Shown: one piece after another, positions 9,478 to 20,111 of the stretch
Numbering within the stretch: the stretch's first letter is position 1
How the letters are laid out: every line of letters starts with the position of its first letter
IMG/VR virus record: IMGVR_UViG_3300034102_001739
Coordinates: 741-64,740 of that record
Length of the DNA stretch: 64,000 bases
Direction: 5' to 3' (one strand)
From: a virus
Taxonomy: Duplodnaviria > Caudoviricetes
Program-made: the position numbers and the translations under genes
Notes under the pieces: generated by a model
The model's database searches: none
What the model was told of the DNA's origin: nothing
What the model saw: only the letters and a program-made list of their open reading frames with translations

Positions 9478-10926
9478 TTAGAACAAACATTCATCTATAA
9501 AAATATCCACTGAATCACCCGGATTTGCACAGGTTACTTCAAATCTTTTATCCCCAGTGTTTACAATAGTTGGGAGTGGTGTTCCGCCAGCTCCATCGAG
9601 AGCCATAATCCTATGTGCCCTCCTATCTAGTGTGTAAGGGATAGTCTTAGCCACATCTAGGAATAAATATATATAGTACTTTTCTGCATCTGCCACTACT
9701 GTTGTAGCCTTAATTTTAGCGTAACCGTTAATGAGGATATTTGTCAAATTTCCTCTAGCTATACATTGGATACCACTATGCCAAAGTATTAAATTATCTA
9801 CGTATCCTTTATTAGTTAAGTCGTCATTGTCTGAGGGGGTTGTATTTCTCTTTATATCCGAGAAAGTCTTCTCCCCATTAATAGTCAGGTCTCCTGATGT
9901 CCTTACAAAGTTATTAGTATTCTCCGTAGTTACTTTTTTATTTGTATCGAGAACCATAATACCGCTACTACTCTTGGGTAAATATACGCCCTCTCCGGCT
10001 GGTGCTTCAGAGTCTCCAGCTATATAAACATCTAATACATCCGTTCCTACTGGTGGTCCTATACCTAAAAATCTTCCTGTAATTTTCGGGATTACGTACG
10101 CTGCGAATTGAGATTTTCTCCAAAAATCGTAGAAAGAAACTGCCAATTTCCATATAGCCGTACTAAAAGAATCCGAGGCTATTGGTAGGGGAAACTCCGT
10201 CATGTCATCAAGTGTACCCGTATAGGAATCCCCACCTATTGCAGTGTCCCTAACCGTACTTATCTGGTTTAACTGAGCCTGTGAATATACTGCCAATGTT
10301 CTATCCTCTGCAATAGAGTAATAAGGATACGACATCCTTTGGCATAATTGTAATCTATGTACTATAAATAGCCCCACGTAACCTGATGGTATGTTTTGAA
10401 AAGGTTCTCCTATCGTCATTATGACTTGTTCCTCTTCATACACTATATGGTCTGCTGCATCTTTGATAGTTCCATCCGAAAATTTTGCCCCCGAAATTAA
10501 GTAATCCGGTGCATCTGTTGCTCTAGTATGTAGCACCTCCTTAGCTATCACTATGAAATTAACCTCTACACCAACCGCTAAGTTTTGAGTGCCTGAGAAT
10601 ACCTTTTGTGGGATAACAAATTGCGCCCCATTGTAGCTAACCAAAATATCTGAGATTGTTATATTACCCAGTACTAAATACTCCGCCCCTGCCAGTGGTG
10701 AATATTCTCCAGAGGCTACTTGAGTAGCGTTCTCCACAGTATAGGAAACTATCCCTCCACCGCCTATAAGCTTTGAGGTTCTTTGTACATCTGAAGTAGC
10801 TGAAGCCATAATATCCAAAGACCTGTTATAGTCTGGAGCTGTTACGAGGTTAGGGGAACCTCTGAAAATAGCTTTCTTAATTTTCTGTAATGCGTCATAC
10901 GGTTTATTGTTAATTACTCCACTCAT
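9478..10926 (-). CDS. baseplate-attached tail fiber/structural protein
   Basis: Follows wedge genes; fiber-type segment GDLTINGEKTFS...DDLTNKGYVD. Confidence 0.65.
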   Translation of the reverse strand: MSGVINNKPYDALQKIKKAIFRGSPNLVTAPDYNRSLDIMASATSDVQRTSKLIGGGGIVSYTVENATQVASGEYSPLAGAEYLVLGNITISDILVSYNGAQFVIPQKVFSGTQNLAVGVEVNFIVIAKEVLHTRATDAPDYLISGAKFSDGTIKDAADHIVYEEEQVIMTIGEPFQNIPSGYVGLFIVHRLQLCQRMSYPYYSIAEDRTLAVYSQAQLNQISTVRDTAIGGDSYTGTLDDMTEFPLPIASDSFSTAIWKLAVSFYDFWRKSQFAAYVIPKITGRFLGIGPPVGTDVLDVYIAGDSEAPAGEGVYLPKSSSGIMVLDTNKKVTTENTNNFVRTSGDLTINGEKTFSDIKRNTTPSDNDDLTNKGYVDNLILWHSGIQCIARGNLTNILINGYAKIKATTVVADAEKYYIYLFLDVAKTIPYTLDRRAHRIMALDGAGGTPLPTIVNTGDKRFEVTCANPGDSVDIFIDECLF

Positions 10927-11576
10927 ACAAAATAAGGATTTAATAAGTTATGATAATAAAAATCTGTTCTAGGGGTGAAAGTGAAAATATTCTGTACGTC
11001 TAATAACGGACAGAATGGTAGCCACTCTTTTATATTATTAATTAGAAATGCCTTGATAGCCGTTTCCTCTAATGGGTAGTTTCCGTCGAAAAATTTACTC
11101 TGTATTGAAATGCTAAGAATAGGAATATCTCCAAAATCTTCTGTCTCTGTTACCATAAACAGTTCTAAGTCATCCGTAGAATCCACGATAACACCTTGAC
11201 GAATACTATCGAATAATAAATGGGAAGACCTACTATAAAAATCTGAATCATTTACGGCAACTAACCCTAGAGACATCACGCTACAAAAAAATTCTACCCC
11301 GATTTTACTTCCCTTTAGCCCCGTAAAAAATTCGGCGTTGAGAATAACCTGCTGCATTACCTGTACGGGAATATCATAGGGAAATTGGGGAAAACCTAGT
11401 TCAGCTAGGTACCTTAGTAATACTTTCTTATCCATACATAATAATGGATTCCACGTATTAAGAGCTGTACCTATAAGAGATTTCTCGTATTGGTACAACC
11501 CATCAAGTACATTTACCAAAGAAACCACATTGGGATTCTCGAATAATTTTTCTGGTATTCTCCTTTTAAACGACAT
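10923..11576 (-). CDS. baseplate wedge protein (P2 gpI-like)
   Basis: LRYLAELG...LKGSKIGVE pattern; follows the J-like gene. Confidence 0.65.
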   Translation of the reverse strand: MSFKRRIPEKLFENPNVVSLVNVLDGLYQYEKSLIGTALNTWNPLLCMDKKVLLRYLAELGFPQFPYDIPVQVMQQVILNAEFFTGLKGSKIGVEFFCSVMSLGLVAVNDSDFYSRSSHLLFDSIRQGVIVDSTDDLELFMVTETEDFGDIPILSISIQSKFFDGNYPLEETAIKAFLINNIKEWLPFCPLLDVQNIFTFTPRTDFYYHNLLNPYFV

Positions 11577-13071
11577 CTATATTAATTGTAACGTCTGACT
11601 CATTGATAATTGAAAATATCTCCCTCTCTTGGATACTTAAATCTGTCATCTGAACATCTACACCATTTTCTCTAACTAGAAAATTCACGCTTCGAGTACC
11701 CTGTACAAGTGCCCTCAACTGTGTTTCCATGTATGAGGGCGAGAACCCTGCTCCATACTGTGCATTTCTTAGTGGCCCAGTTACATCTTTTAGTACTTCT
11801 ATGATCTGACTTCTTACAGTATTTTGGTTATATCCGGAAAATATAATAACCTCTAAGGTCAAATGAGACCTACTAGGAAAACTACTACTCACCAATGGAA
11901 TGTAAACAGTGCCTAAAACCTGTGGGTAATAGCCCAATAAAATTTTTGGTGTAAGGTTACTCTCTATCTCCGCAATTTCTAAAGCTGAGAGTTGTAATTG
12001 CCCTGAACTACTAATAGCCACATAGGTTAAATCTCTTCCCTCTATGACTACCTTTGTTTTTTTGACAAAAGAATTTTCTAAGATGTTAGCCTCACAAGCT
12101 ACCTCATTGTAACAAGTACGTTTACTTCTAAAATATGTTGGGGCTTTTTGTTTTATACTGTTAAGAGATTCCGCAGTACTTCCTCCAGTTGCCGAAGATA
12201 GCATTACTACCCCCGTAGCCTTTCTACCGTCGTTACTTTCCGACACACTACAAGATTGAATATCTGTATTAGCCACGTCTCCAACACAAGTTCTATAAGT
12301 TATCTGAATAGGTGTTCCGATTGTAGGATATGCTCCGAACTCCCCATTACCGAAAAATACAGTGGCTCTACCATCTTCTTCAGGTATTACTATGTAATGA
12401 GTACTTTCTGCTGAAGATTCCCCAAAGTTACCCACCCTAGACCATACCACATCATTGACTACCACCGCCAAACTATCCACGGAAATATTCTTATTGAACA
12501 TCACCACTTGGTAGCCATTAAAAGTGTATTCTTCTGATTGGATTTCTCCCTCTTTTAGAGTTATTGTTTGGGCTGTCTCGCTACTTTGTACCACGGTAAA
12601 ATCTGAATCATTTACGAAGATATTACCTCCTACCGAAACTTTTAGTGTTCCCCGTCTATACAAGAAATTAGCCTGTCCAGCTTCGAATGTTACAGAAAAT
12701 TCGGCTGAAGAACCTGTATATATTTTTGGTGAGTATCCAAATGTCGAGGATTTAGTAAAAGCATTACTATACCTCTTGGTCTTTAATAAGTTACCCTCGT
12801 TACCGTGAGCGTTTATGTACCAAAAGTTTTTTTCCGCAAATAAAGCCATGAGTTCCACTAAGAACTCACCAAAGTCTGATTTACTTCTATCCTGCCACTC
12901 TGGAAATAAACTGTCGGCTAGTAGATGCGCCTTTTCCACCATCTGAATCATAGTAACATCGCTTACTAAGTCTTCATCGGGAATAATAATGTACTTTGAA
13001 TACTTGTACAATTTGTCCAAAGTACTCAAGGGTAGTAACGATAGCTCGTTTAGTAATTCTTGTTTTTCCAT
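11566..13071 (-). CDS. baseplate wedge protein (gpJ/T4 gp6-like)
   Basis: FPEWQDRSKSDFGEFLVEL, VFFGNGEFG, ATGGSTAESLNSIKQKAP. Confidence 0.85.
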   Translation of the reverse strand: MEKQELLNELSLLPLSTLDKLYKYSKYIIIPDEDLVSDVTMIQMVEKAHLLADSLFPEWQDRSKSDFGEFLVELMALFAEKNFWYINAHGNEGNLLKTKRYSNAFTKSSTFGYSPKIYTGSSAEFSVTFEAGQANFLYRRGTLKVSVGGNIFVNDSDFTVVQSSETAQTITLKEGEIQSEEYTFNGYQVVMFNKNISVDSLAVVVNDVVWSRVGNFGESSAESTHYIVIPEEDGRATVFFGNGEFGAYPTIGTPIQITYRTCVGDVANTDIQSCSVSESNDGRKATGVVMLSSATGGSTAESLNSIKQKAPTYFRSKRTCYNEVACEANILENSFVKKTKVVIEGRDLTYVAISSSGQLQLSALEIAEIESNLTPKILLGYYPQVLGTVYIPLVSSSFPSRSHLTLEVIIFSGYNQNTVRSQIIEVLKDVTGPLRNAQYGAGFSPSYMETQLRALVQGTRSVNFLVRENGVDVQMTDLSIQEREIFSIINESDVTINIDVV

Positions 13072-13433
13072 TACACAAAGATAACTGATTTCACTTTATT
13101 ATTTGTATCATCCACCGATACATATTCTAATTTAACTACCGTAGTAGTTCTGTCCGTAGGGAAAATACCTATGTCCACGCTTAATAATTCTACTGATGGT
13201 ACGTATTTCTCTACTCCCGTTTTTATGTTATTCTGAATGATACTCTTGCTGACTACTAAAAAACTTGTGGGCTTTTGAATCAGGTTATTAAAGTTACCTC
13301 CAAAATCCGGTAGATAGATTCTCTTTCTATCGAAGACAGAAAAAAACCATATAGAGTCAGTGGATTTCTCCACTCCTGTTGACAACTGGAATTTACCATT
13401 GTCCAAATTAAATCTTGTTGATAACCCTTTCAT
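13071..13433 (-). CDS. gp25/GPW-like baseplate protein
   Basis: RIYLPDFGG...VEKYVPSVEL motif; position before J. Confidence 0.75.
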   Translation of the reverse strand: MKGLSTRFNLDNGKFQLSTGVEKSTDSIWFFSVFDRKRIYLPDFGGNFNNLIQKPTSFLVVSKSIIQNNIKTGVEKYVPSVELLSVDIGIFPTDRTTTVVKLEYVSVDDTNNKVKSVIFV

Positions 13434-13434
13434 A

Positions 13435-13710
13435 TCATGTTAATTTTGCTGGTGCGCCTGTTACTATAAGTACTTGTCCGGGGGCTGTTGTTACAGACCC
13501 AGCCACATTAGTTGGACCTACTAGTACATCCGCTGTTTTCAAGTACTTATCTACCTCTGTACAGATTACTTCCGCCAATTTTTCGGTTACTTTATCTATT
13601 GTGAAAGTAGTTTCCGACCCCTCTTGTGAAGCCTCCTCACTTAACTGTTGGAAAGCTGTTGATAAGCTATTCTTCATAGCTTCTTTGAACGTACCTATTA
13701 CTAGTGGCAT
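13435..13710 (-). CDS. small baseplate/spike-associated protein
   Basis: 91 aa; LAEVI..EVDKYLKTADV followed by a beta-rich tail; between spike and gp25. Confidence 0.55.
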   Translation of the reverse strand: MPLVIGTFKEAMKNSLSTAFQQLSEEASQEGSETTFTIDKVTEKLAEVICTEVDKYLKTADVLVGPTNVAGSVTTAPGQVLIVTGAPAKLT

Positions 13711-13711
13711 A

Positions 13712-14134
13712 CTATATGGTTATTGAATTAATACTCTCCTTGATTTTATCCAAATTTGTTTTTAGGTCTCCTAATTTAGTCAGGGTATCCGGCATAAAAG
13801 GCTGTGGACCTATTGAAGTAGCCACCTTGGCTTCTTGTAGAGCCTGTGTCAGTTCTGTGCAAGCCTTTAAAAGTTGTTCAAAGATATTAAATTCCGTTGA
13901 AGATGCCCCTGCAACTGGATAAAATCCTATCAAAACTGGTGTAGGGGATATAGTCTCCTCTGTAAGTATAACCGCTAAGAATTTATCCTTGTTATCCGTA
14001 ATCCATTTTTCTGATGGAAGAGGTGCCGCTGGATTGCTTATTACAATAGGTAATACAAATTCAAATCCTGTACGAGATTTAACTCTTACAGTATTCTTTG
14101 GCTCACTCCCTATGATTTTAAAAAATTCCCACAT
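13712..14134 (-). CDS. short spike/baseplate assembly protein
   Basis: OB-fold-like N-terminus (VRVK...PVLIG) and TSIGP motif; directly after the hub gene. Confidence 0.5.
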   Translation of the reverse strand: MWEFFKIIGSEPKNTVRVKSRTGFEFVLPIVISNPAAPLPSEKWITDNKDKFLAVILTEETISPTPVLIGFYPVAGASSTEFNIFEQLLKACTELTQALQEAKVATSIGPQPFMPDTLTKLGDLKTNLDKIKESINSITI

Positions 14135-14135
14135 A

Positions 14136-15500
14136 CTACATGATTAAGTCTAGTTCCGTGGTAGCTCCATCTACCCCCCAAATATGTTTAAGCCCTCTTA
14201 GAAAATACTTTCCTATGGTGTCATTAGAGGAATACCTTAGAATACCTCTTACTGAATAATACCTCTGCGATTTTATATCCAAATCCTGATTGACTGTTGC
14301 CGTAAGAAAAATTCCGTAGAAAGCCTTATCGAATACAGCCACATTTTCATCCGTTAGTTTCGTAGTCTTGTAGTAGTACCTAGTACAAGTAGGGTCATCT
14401 TTCGTAATATCGTCATCGTAACTCCATCGCTCTAGTCCTCCCCCATTTCTTATTTGTCTAGCTAGTGTAGGGTTTGTCTTCTCCACTTGCTTAACTCTAT
14501 CTTCATCCAATGTTAGTAAATACCTATAAGACTTATTTGTCTTTGGGTCTTTCATAGTCATCATAAGTGTATCCACATACTCCCCCGTTTTTTTATCGAA
14601 GTACTGAGCTGACCTAGACACTGCGTAAGCCATTGAAATATCCTCTGTTAAGGAAACGTTCCTAATTATTCTAGGTCTTGACCACACAGCTTCCTTTTCT
14701 CTATGAATTTCACTCTCCTTTAGATTTCCTATTGAGATTTCTCCCTGTCTTGGGTATAAGAAACTAATCTTATTACTTACAAGTCCCGAAGATTCCTTTA
14801 CTGCTTCTACTTTATCTACGAAGTAAAGCTCCTCTCTTGTACCGTTAGTTTCCGTCCATAGGTAACAAGAGTAAGCATCTGCCAATTCGCTTAAAAATGC
14901 CCAATCAGATAAACCATTTTGTGACCTAACATTATCCTCTGTAAATGTTTGTAGTCTCTTCTCTACTTCAGGTATTTTTATATTGCCGATAAACATACCA
15001 TTTTCATCCGCGATTCCTTTTACTATATCTGTTAGTGTGATACTAGTTTTTCCTTTACAGAACTTTCTCTGACTGTTCTTATCAGGGTAATTAAAAAATC
15101 GGGTATTGTCTTTTCCCATTTTTACAAACCCATAAGACATAGCTTCTACACTAAACTGGACAACTCCATCATCTGGAAACATAGTTCTAATACGAGTAAT
15201 AGTGCCTGAGAATACTTTTCTAGTACCTCCACCGTTCTCGTCATAGTAGCCACCGTATAAGATAACGGATTGTCCCATGCCAAACTGTCTTAGTAAGACA
15301 TCTGCATCTTTCCCTATGGTAAAAGAAAGTGTGTTCAATAGACTAGCTTGTTCCTCGTAGATTACATCACCCACGATTACTTTCTCCACGTCCATGTACC
15401 TATTAGAATCCGAATCCGAACTATTGCTATCTGTACTTTTTGGGGTCATCCCCATCTTATATACCCGGATTTTAAAACTGGGCTGTAGTGGGCTTATCAT
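14136..15500 (-). CDS. baseplate hub (gpD/gp27-like)
   Basis: VFSGTITRI, SQNGLSDWAFLSELA, C-terminal GKYFLRGLKHIW. Confidence 0.8.
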   Translation of the reverse strand: MISPLQPSFKIRVYKMGMTPKSTDSNSSDSDSNRYMDVEKVIVGDVIYEEQASLLNTLSFTIGKDADVLLRQFGMGQSVILYGGYYDENGGGTRKVFSGTITRIRTMFPDDGVVQFSVEAMSYGFVKMGKDNTRFFNYPDKNSQRKFCKGKTSITLTDIVKGIADENGMFIGNIKIPEVEKRLQTFTEDNVRSQNGLSDWAFLSELADAYSCYLWTETNGTREELYFVDKVEAVKESSGLVSNKISFLYPRQGEISIGNLKESEIHREKEAVWSRPRIIRNVSLTEDISMAYAVSRSAQYFDKKTGEYVDTLMMTMKDPKTNKSYRYLLTLDEDRVKQVEKTNPTLARQIRNGGGLERWSYDDDITKDDPTCTRYYYKTTKLTDENVAVFDKAFYGIFLTATVNQDLDIKSQRYYSVRGILRYSSNDTIGKYFLRGLKHIWGVDGATTELDLIM

Positions 15501-15793
15501 AATGGCTGTACCTCCGTATCTCTAAGTAAAATTTTTGGTAATAGGATTACGTCACCTGCTTTCCATTCATCTAAATCTCTCAACATATTTATATCGGCTA
15601 TGTACGTCCAAAAATCGTCATAGTCCTTACCGAATAATTTTGCTGCTAAAGTGTAAACATCCTCCTGTGCTTTTAGAGTGTACTCCTCTACCTCTAAAGC
15701 TACACTAGATTCTTTTATCTGATAGTGCCCAATTTTTCCTCCAAGAAACTCTTTGACCACCCTCTCTTTTGCGTAGAATAATGGATTTATCAT
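15497..15793 (-). CDS. LysM/gpX-like baseplate protein
   Basis: YTLKAQEDVYTLAAKLFG...WTYIADIN...AGDVILLP. Confidence 0.8.
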   Translation of the reverse strand: MINPLFYAKERVVKEFLGGKIGHYQIKESSVALEVEEYTLKAQEDVYTLAAKLFGKDYDDFWTYIADINMLRDLDEWKAGDVILLPKILLRDTEVQPL

Positions 15794-16638
15794 TGTTTGA
15801 TTTTTCTTACAGTGTTAATAAATTGGTAAACAGCGAACTCTATGTCCACTGTGGCTCTTATAGGGGTCAAGTCCTTATCGAATAGTGTATAGTTAGCTGG
15901 GGCTCTTTTAATAACTCCCTCTAAATAAAAAGGTCCGTAAGCGAATACCACCGTAGCTGGAGGTCTGAACTGTTCTAACTCCATAAACCCTCCCTCCGCA
16001 AAATTAGGTCTCCCTTTTTTTGATGCTGGATACATAAAGGACTGTAAAAATTCTACCTCGTCCAATACTCCTCTCTCACTAATCCTAGTTAAAGAAAATG
16101 CGCCGGAATTAGAATACTGTACAGATGGAGGTGTCAATGACCTATCAGATAAAACTGGAATAGGATACCTAGGGTCTAAAGTAGGATTATTACTTCCATT
16201 CTGATGCTTCACCACCTTACCATCTAGTAACGGTAATTTTGATTCCTTATGGTTTCTCCTTTCCGGCCCAAAATGAGCTGTATGACTTTGGGGGGTGTTA
16301 TCCAAAAACAACTGAAAGGACATTACCCTTTCACCACCTCCTGTCCAGATATAGTCCTCGTATGATACACCCGTGTAATTTCTAGTAGTATAGTTTACCG
16401 TTTTGTCGTCCGACAAAGTTTGTGGGTTGAATTGAAACACATACCCCTTACTTAAATCATCCACATCGTCCTTGGCTATGATTACACCTCTTGACTTTGT
16501 GGTCTTAGTAATTTCTGCGTATTCCCCTCCCTCCGTAGCCTTTAATGGGGCTGAAGCACCCGGATTAAAAAAGGATTGGAATTTTTCCGCTCCGATTCTA
16601 GCCCCGGTGTTTATTGGATGCATTACGTCTAGTATCAT
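15790..16638 (-). CDS. CIS-type tube initiator protein
   Basis: FQFNPQTL...MSFQLFLD...PPATVVFAYG...FDKDLTPIRATVDIEF. Confidence 0.8.
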   Translation of the reverse strand: MILDVMHPINTGARIGAEKFQSFFNPGASAPLKATEGGEYAEITKTTKSRGVIIAKDDVDDLSKGYVFQFNPQTLSDDKTVNYTTRNYTGVSYEDYIWTGGGERVMSFQLFLDNTPQSHTAHFGPERRNHKESKLPLLDGKVVKHQNGSNNPTLDPRYPIPVLSDRSLTPPSVQYSNSGAFSLTRISERGVLDEVEFLQSFMYPASKKGRPNFAEGGFMELEQFRPPATVVFAYGPFYLEGVIKRAPANYTLFDKDLTPIRATVDIEFAVYQFINTVRKIKQ

Positions 16639-18794
16639 GTTCTACCCTTTCTTATATTTTCTGTTCTAGTAACCTCTTGAAGTACCTCTCTAATTTTCTT
16701 AGCCATTTTATTTTCGTCCCAACCGTCCGCTTTATTTACATTTATCACCACTGCTCCGGGTTGTACCGTTACATTACTAGTGTTATTTGTAGCTTGCTCC
16801 GATTTTCCAGTATTACCAAACGCTGCGGTTACCTCCTGTTGAGGTGTTGACTGTTTCTTAGCCTCCGTTGCCGATTTAATTGGTACCGTTCCATTAGGTG
16901 ATTGTGGCTTTGGAGTAGGTTGTTTTCCCATCCAGTAGTCAGTATTAGCGTTTACTTTGTCTGCTTCTGCGTTTATGTAATCGCTACCTTTGTTTACAAA
17001 ACTAGATGCTAAATCGTAGAATTTGGCGAAAAAATCGAAAACACTTGTAAAGCTAGAAAAGAATTTGGACATAGGGTCAAAGAAATTCTCTTTTAACCAT
17101 TTAACGGCTGAAGAATTTTTAATACTGTCCCATACTTTGGATATTCCCTCTGATAGTTTATCCCACCATCCGCCTTTTCCGCCTCCTAGTGAATTGTAAA
17201 GTGCCTCTCCTATAAGACTACCTAGTTGTTTAAATTCTCTCCATGCGTCGGAGATCCATGTTTTTAATCCTACCCACGCTTGTACGAATCCATTTTTAAT
17301 ATTAGCCCAAAGTAAATTAAAAACCGCCCCCAAAAATTTAACTAGTGACCAAATAAATCCGAATAAGGACTTTAACGCCTTACCGAAGTCCTTTATGTTT
17401 TGGTTTACTGTATTTCTAAACCACTCCCATTTATAGTACAATACTACAATAGCCGCTACTGCTAGTAGTATCCATCCAGCCACAGGAATAGCCGCTAACG
17501 CTGCGCTAATCGCCGGTAAACTAGCCGTGAACACTCCTACAAATAAATCCGCAAGGGCTGTCCCCATAGCTGTAAAAAATCCGGGTAAGGCTAATGTGAA
17601 GAAATCCATTACTCCGTTGAGTATTCCAAATAGTAAATGTCTTATATTACTAATCCCTAAAGCTCTTAGTAGTTGTCTGCTGGACGCACTAGATAACGCT
17701 CTCATAGATAATGCGTCCACAATCATAGTACCTAGTCCTCTTCTTGTTACAAGTCTTATTAGGTTCATAAATTCTCTACGGTACCTAATTACTGAACCTA
17801 TTGCGTCTTTACTAATTGACCAACCCAATTTTAATCCCATGTAAGATAGGATTAACGCTGCGATTGTTTTTATCGCCGTTTTATGTTCTCTAAGAAAATT
17901 CAGAATATGATTTTTCCAAAACTCCAATCTTACAATCATCGCATAGGTTCTCTCTTGAAAATCGGATTGGAGAATATCAAGGTGCCCAAATAATTTTTTA
18001 AATTGATGTCCTACCCATAGAGACACATTGCCTACTTGCCTGAATACCCATCCAAGTACTTTACCTATTACGAATCCCGCTCTTTTTATCATCTCCACAT
18101 TACGACTAAACGCCTCTGCTAATCTTTTTAGCGTTCCAGTTATTTGCCCGTAAAGTCCCGTAGGGTCTTTGGGGTCTCCCATAACCGCTTTAAGGAAACT
18201 TTCCCAAACTCCCTTTAGACGTACGAGCTGGTCTTCCATGGTCTCGAAGTCATTCTTAATCATGGACAAGATACCTTTATGATTTTTAAGAAACGACATT
18301 ACAGCCTGTTCCCTCATTACGGTATTTGCCTCATACTTATCGAACATTCTAGCCGCCCTTTGTGTCATAACCCCCATAGAGATTAATCCCTGCATGTTAC
18401 CTGATATGGCTGAAGCTACTGCTCCAGACATTGAGGTAAAATCTGTTCCCATAGCGTGGGCTGTTTTACTTAGGAACTCGAAATTTTTCTGAACATCTAC
18501 TCCCACAGACCTTAACTGGTTCATCCCATTTAGTTGGTCTTTCATGGAAAACGTAGTCATCCCTTGTAATAGTCTGTCTTGTGCCTCCTGCATACTTTGG
18601 ATAGTTTTTAAGTACCCTCCGAAATATACTGCCTCCATCTTGAGCGTTTTTACATACTCCTTAGAAAATGTATTAATTGCGTACATAGCTGAAGCTAGGG
18701 ATAAAGATACCCCTGCTAGTCTAGTAACACTTGCTATCGCTTGCTGTGAGATAGCTATACCGAAATCGTATGTAAATTGTGAAGCTTCACTCAT
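16635..18794 (-). CDS. tape measure protein
   Basis: 719 aa, helical, hydrophobic centre with W/F periodic repeats; downstream of the chaperones. Confidence 0.85.
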   Translation of the reverse strand: MSEASQFTYDFGIAISQQAIASVTRLAGVSLSLASAMYAINTFSKEYVKTLKMEAVYFGGYLKTIQSMQEAQDRLLQGMTTFSMKDQLNGMNQLRSVGVDVQKNFEFLSKTAHAMGTDFTSMSGAVASAISGNMQGLISMGVMTQRAARMFDKYEANTVMREQAVMSFLKNHKGILSMIKNDFETMEDQLVRLKGVWESFLKAVMGDPKDPTGLYGQITGTLKRLAEAFSRNVEMIKRAGFVIGKVLGWVFRQVGNVSLWVGHQFKKLFGHLDILQSDFQERTYAMIVRLEFWKNHILNFLREHKTAIKTIAALILSYMGLKLGWSISKDAIGSVIRYRREFMNLIRLVTRRGLGTMIVDALSMRALSSASSRQLLRALGISNIRHLLFGILNGVMDFFTLALPGFFTAMGTALADLFVGVFTASLPAISAALAAIPVAGWILLAVAAIVVLYYKWEWFRNTVNQNIKDFGKALKSLFGFIWSLVKFLGAVFNLLWANIKNGFVQAWVGLKTWISDAWREFKQLGSLIGEALYNSLGGGKGGWWDKLSEGISKVWDSIKNSSAVKWLKENFFDPMSKFFSSFTSVFDFFAKFYDLASSFVNKGSDYINAEADKVNANTDYWMGKQPTPKPQSPNGTVPIKSATEAKKQSTPQQEVTAAFGNTGKSEQATNNTSNVTVQPGAVVINVNKADGWDENKMAKKIREVLQEVTRTENIRKGRT

Positions 18795-19078
18795 AGTGTA
18801 TTATTTTTTGAGTTCTCCATATCTTTCTGTTCCTTTTTAATCATTTCCAGTTCTATATTGAAAAACTCGTCCAACTCTTCAGAATCCATAGACATCAATG
18901 TATGGTAATCCTGTCTGAGTCTTTTCATTAATAAATAAACTTTTGACGTTAAACTATTTCCTTGTTCTTCCTCTGAATACTCTTTCGGAATAAAAAGAAT
19001 ATCCTTCTGTAAAGCCCATTGGGTAAACATAGGATATTCTTTCCACCAAAAATTGTAGTCGCTGGGGTTTAACGTCAT
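18791..19078 (-). CDS. tail assembly chaperone, gpT-like
   Basis: Between chaperone and TMP, in the -1 frame relative to the upstream ORF. Confidence 0.65.
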   Translation of the reverse strand: MTLNPSDYNFWWKEYPMFTQWALQKDILFIPKEYSEEEQGNSLTSKVYLLMKRLRQDYHTLMSMDSEELDEFFNIELEMIKKEQKDMENSKNNTL

Positions 19079-19956
19079 TCCGAAAAAAAATTGCTGGCTT
19101 CCATAATCATTGGAATGTCCAACTGTCTATCACATCCACATGGCTCGTAATAAGCAAATGGGAGTGTAGGTAAATGCTCTTGAAGAGCCGTACGAATACT
19201 TCTTAGATCCACACCTGACAAGTACTCGTTGAATATCTTTAGTCCATAGTAGGTAAAAAATTCGGTAGGTAATGTTCCTACTACTTCACCATCTACTACT
19301 TCATCAATAGAGACTAAACAGTCCATAGCTACTCTACGCCAAAATCCAATACTGTCAGAAAAATACGCCTCGTTTTTGATAGCGTCCTCTAGTAGTGGTT
19401 GTCTGAAAACAAACTTAGTGAATACAGTATCCGTTAATCCTGCATACTCTGGTTTATCAGAAATTTTTGGGATATGTACTGGCTGAAAACCATCACCTAA
19501 TACGACCTCTATTTTTGAGTAATCCGTAATAGCCTCCATAGCCTCTTTTACTTCAGGTAAGAAGTCTATTTTGTCTAGGTCAATATCCACCATTAATTTT
19601 TTACCACAATACTTACACCCGATTTCTTGTTTAGGTATAAATGACACCCAACATCTTCGGTGTATCTCTACTAGGGCTGAATTTACGTCTGCTAGAGTTA
19701 GTTTTTTAATTACCATCGGGATTGTTACAACTCCATTTTGTTGGTAATCTTTACGACATTCTACCCCTACTTCGTACTCGCCAATACTTTTAATGGCTAC
19801 TGACAAAATGTTACCCTGCCATGTAAATGGTTTCTCCGACAATTTTTTTACAAATACTTTCTCTGCAACTCCATTGGTCTTTAATAACTCTACGTTTTTG
19901 CTTACTTCTCCGTTTAGGTGTAATCCTACGGCTAATTCAAAATTTAGTTCTTTCAT
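19075..19956 (-). CDS. tail assembly chaperone with two CxxC-type pairs
   Basis: CKYCG and CGC motifs; after the tube gene; ends NFFSE at a T8 slippery run. Confidence 0.7.
   Translation of the reverse strand: MKELNFELAVGLHLNGEVSKNVELLKTNGVAEKVFVKKLSEKPFTWQGNILSVAIKSIGEYEVGVECRKDYQQNGVVTIPMVIKKLTLADVNSALVEIHRRCWVSFIPKQEIGCKYCGKKLMVDIDLDKIDFLPEVKEAMEAITDYSKIEVVLGDGFQPVHIPKISDKPEYAGLTDTVFTKFVFRQPLLEDAIKNEAYFSDSIGFWRRVAMDCLVSIDEVVDGEVVGTLPTEFFTYYGLKIFNEYLSGVDLRSIRTALQEHLPTLPFAYYEPCGCDRQLDIPMIMEASNFFSE
19083..19090 (-). other. putative -1 programmed ribosomal frameshift site
   Basis: AAT TTT TTT TCG GAA TGA; a -1 slip reads TTC GGA ATG ACG into 18791..19078. Confidence 0.7.
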
Positions 19957-20079
19957 TTCTACTATGTTTGGGGTTGTTTAAAACTATGGAATAAGGACAT
20001 AAAACGCTGATTTTAAGCAGGTTTTTAGACACTTTTAACATAGTTGAGTACATTTATACTACTTTGATACTTTTAAAGG

Positions 20080-20109
20080 AAAAATGGGAGGGTATAACCC
20101 CTCCCTTTT
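20080..20109 (-). terminator. intrinsic terminator after the tail tube gene
   Basis: gggagggt/acccctccc hairpin flanked by A/T runs. Confidence 0.7.
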
Positions 20110-20111
20110 AA

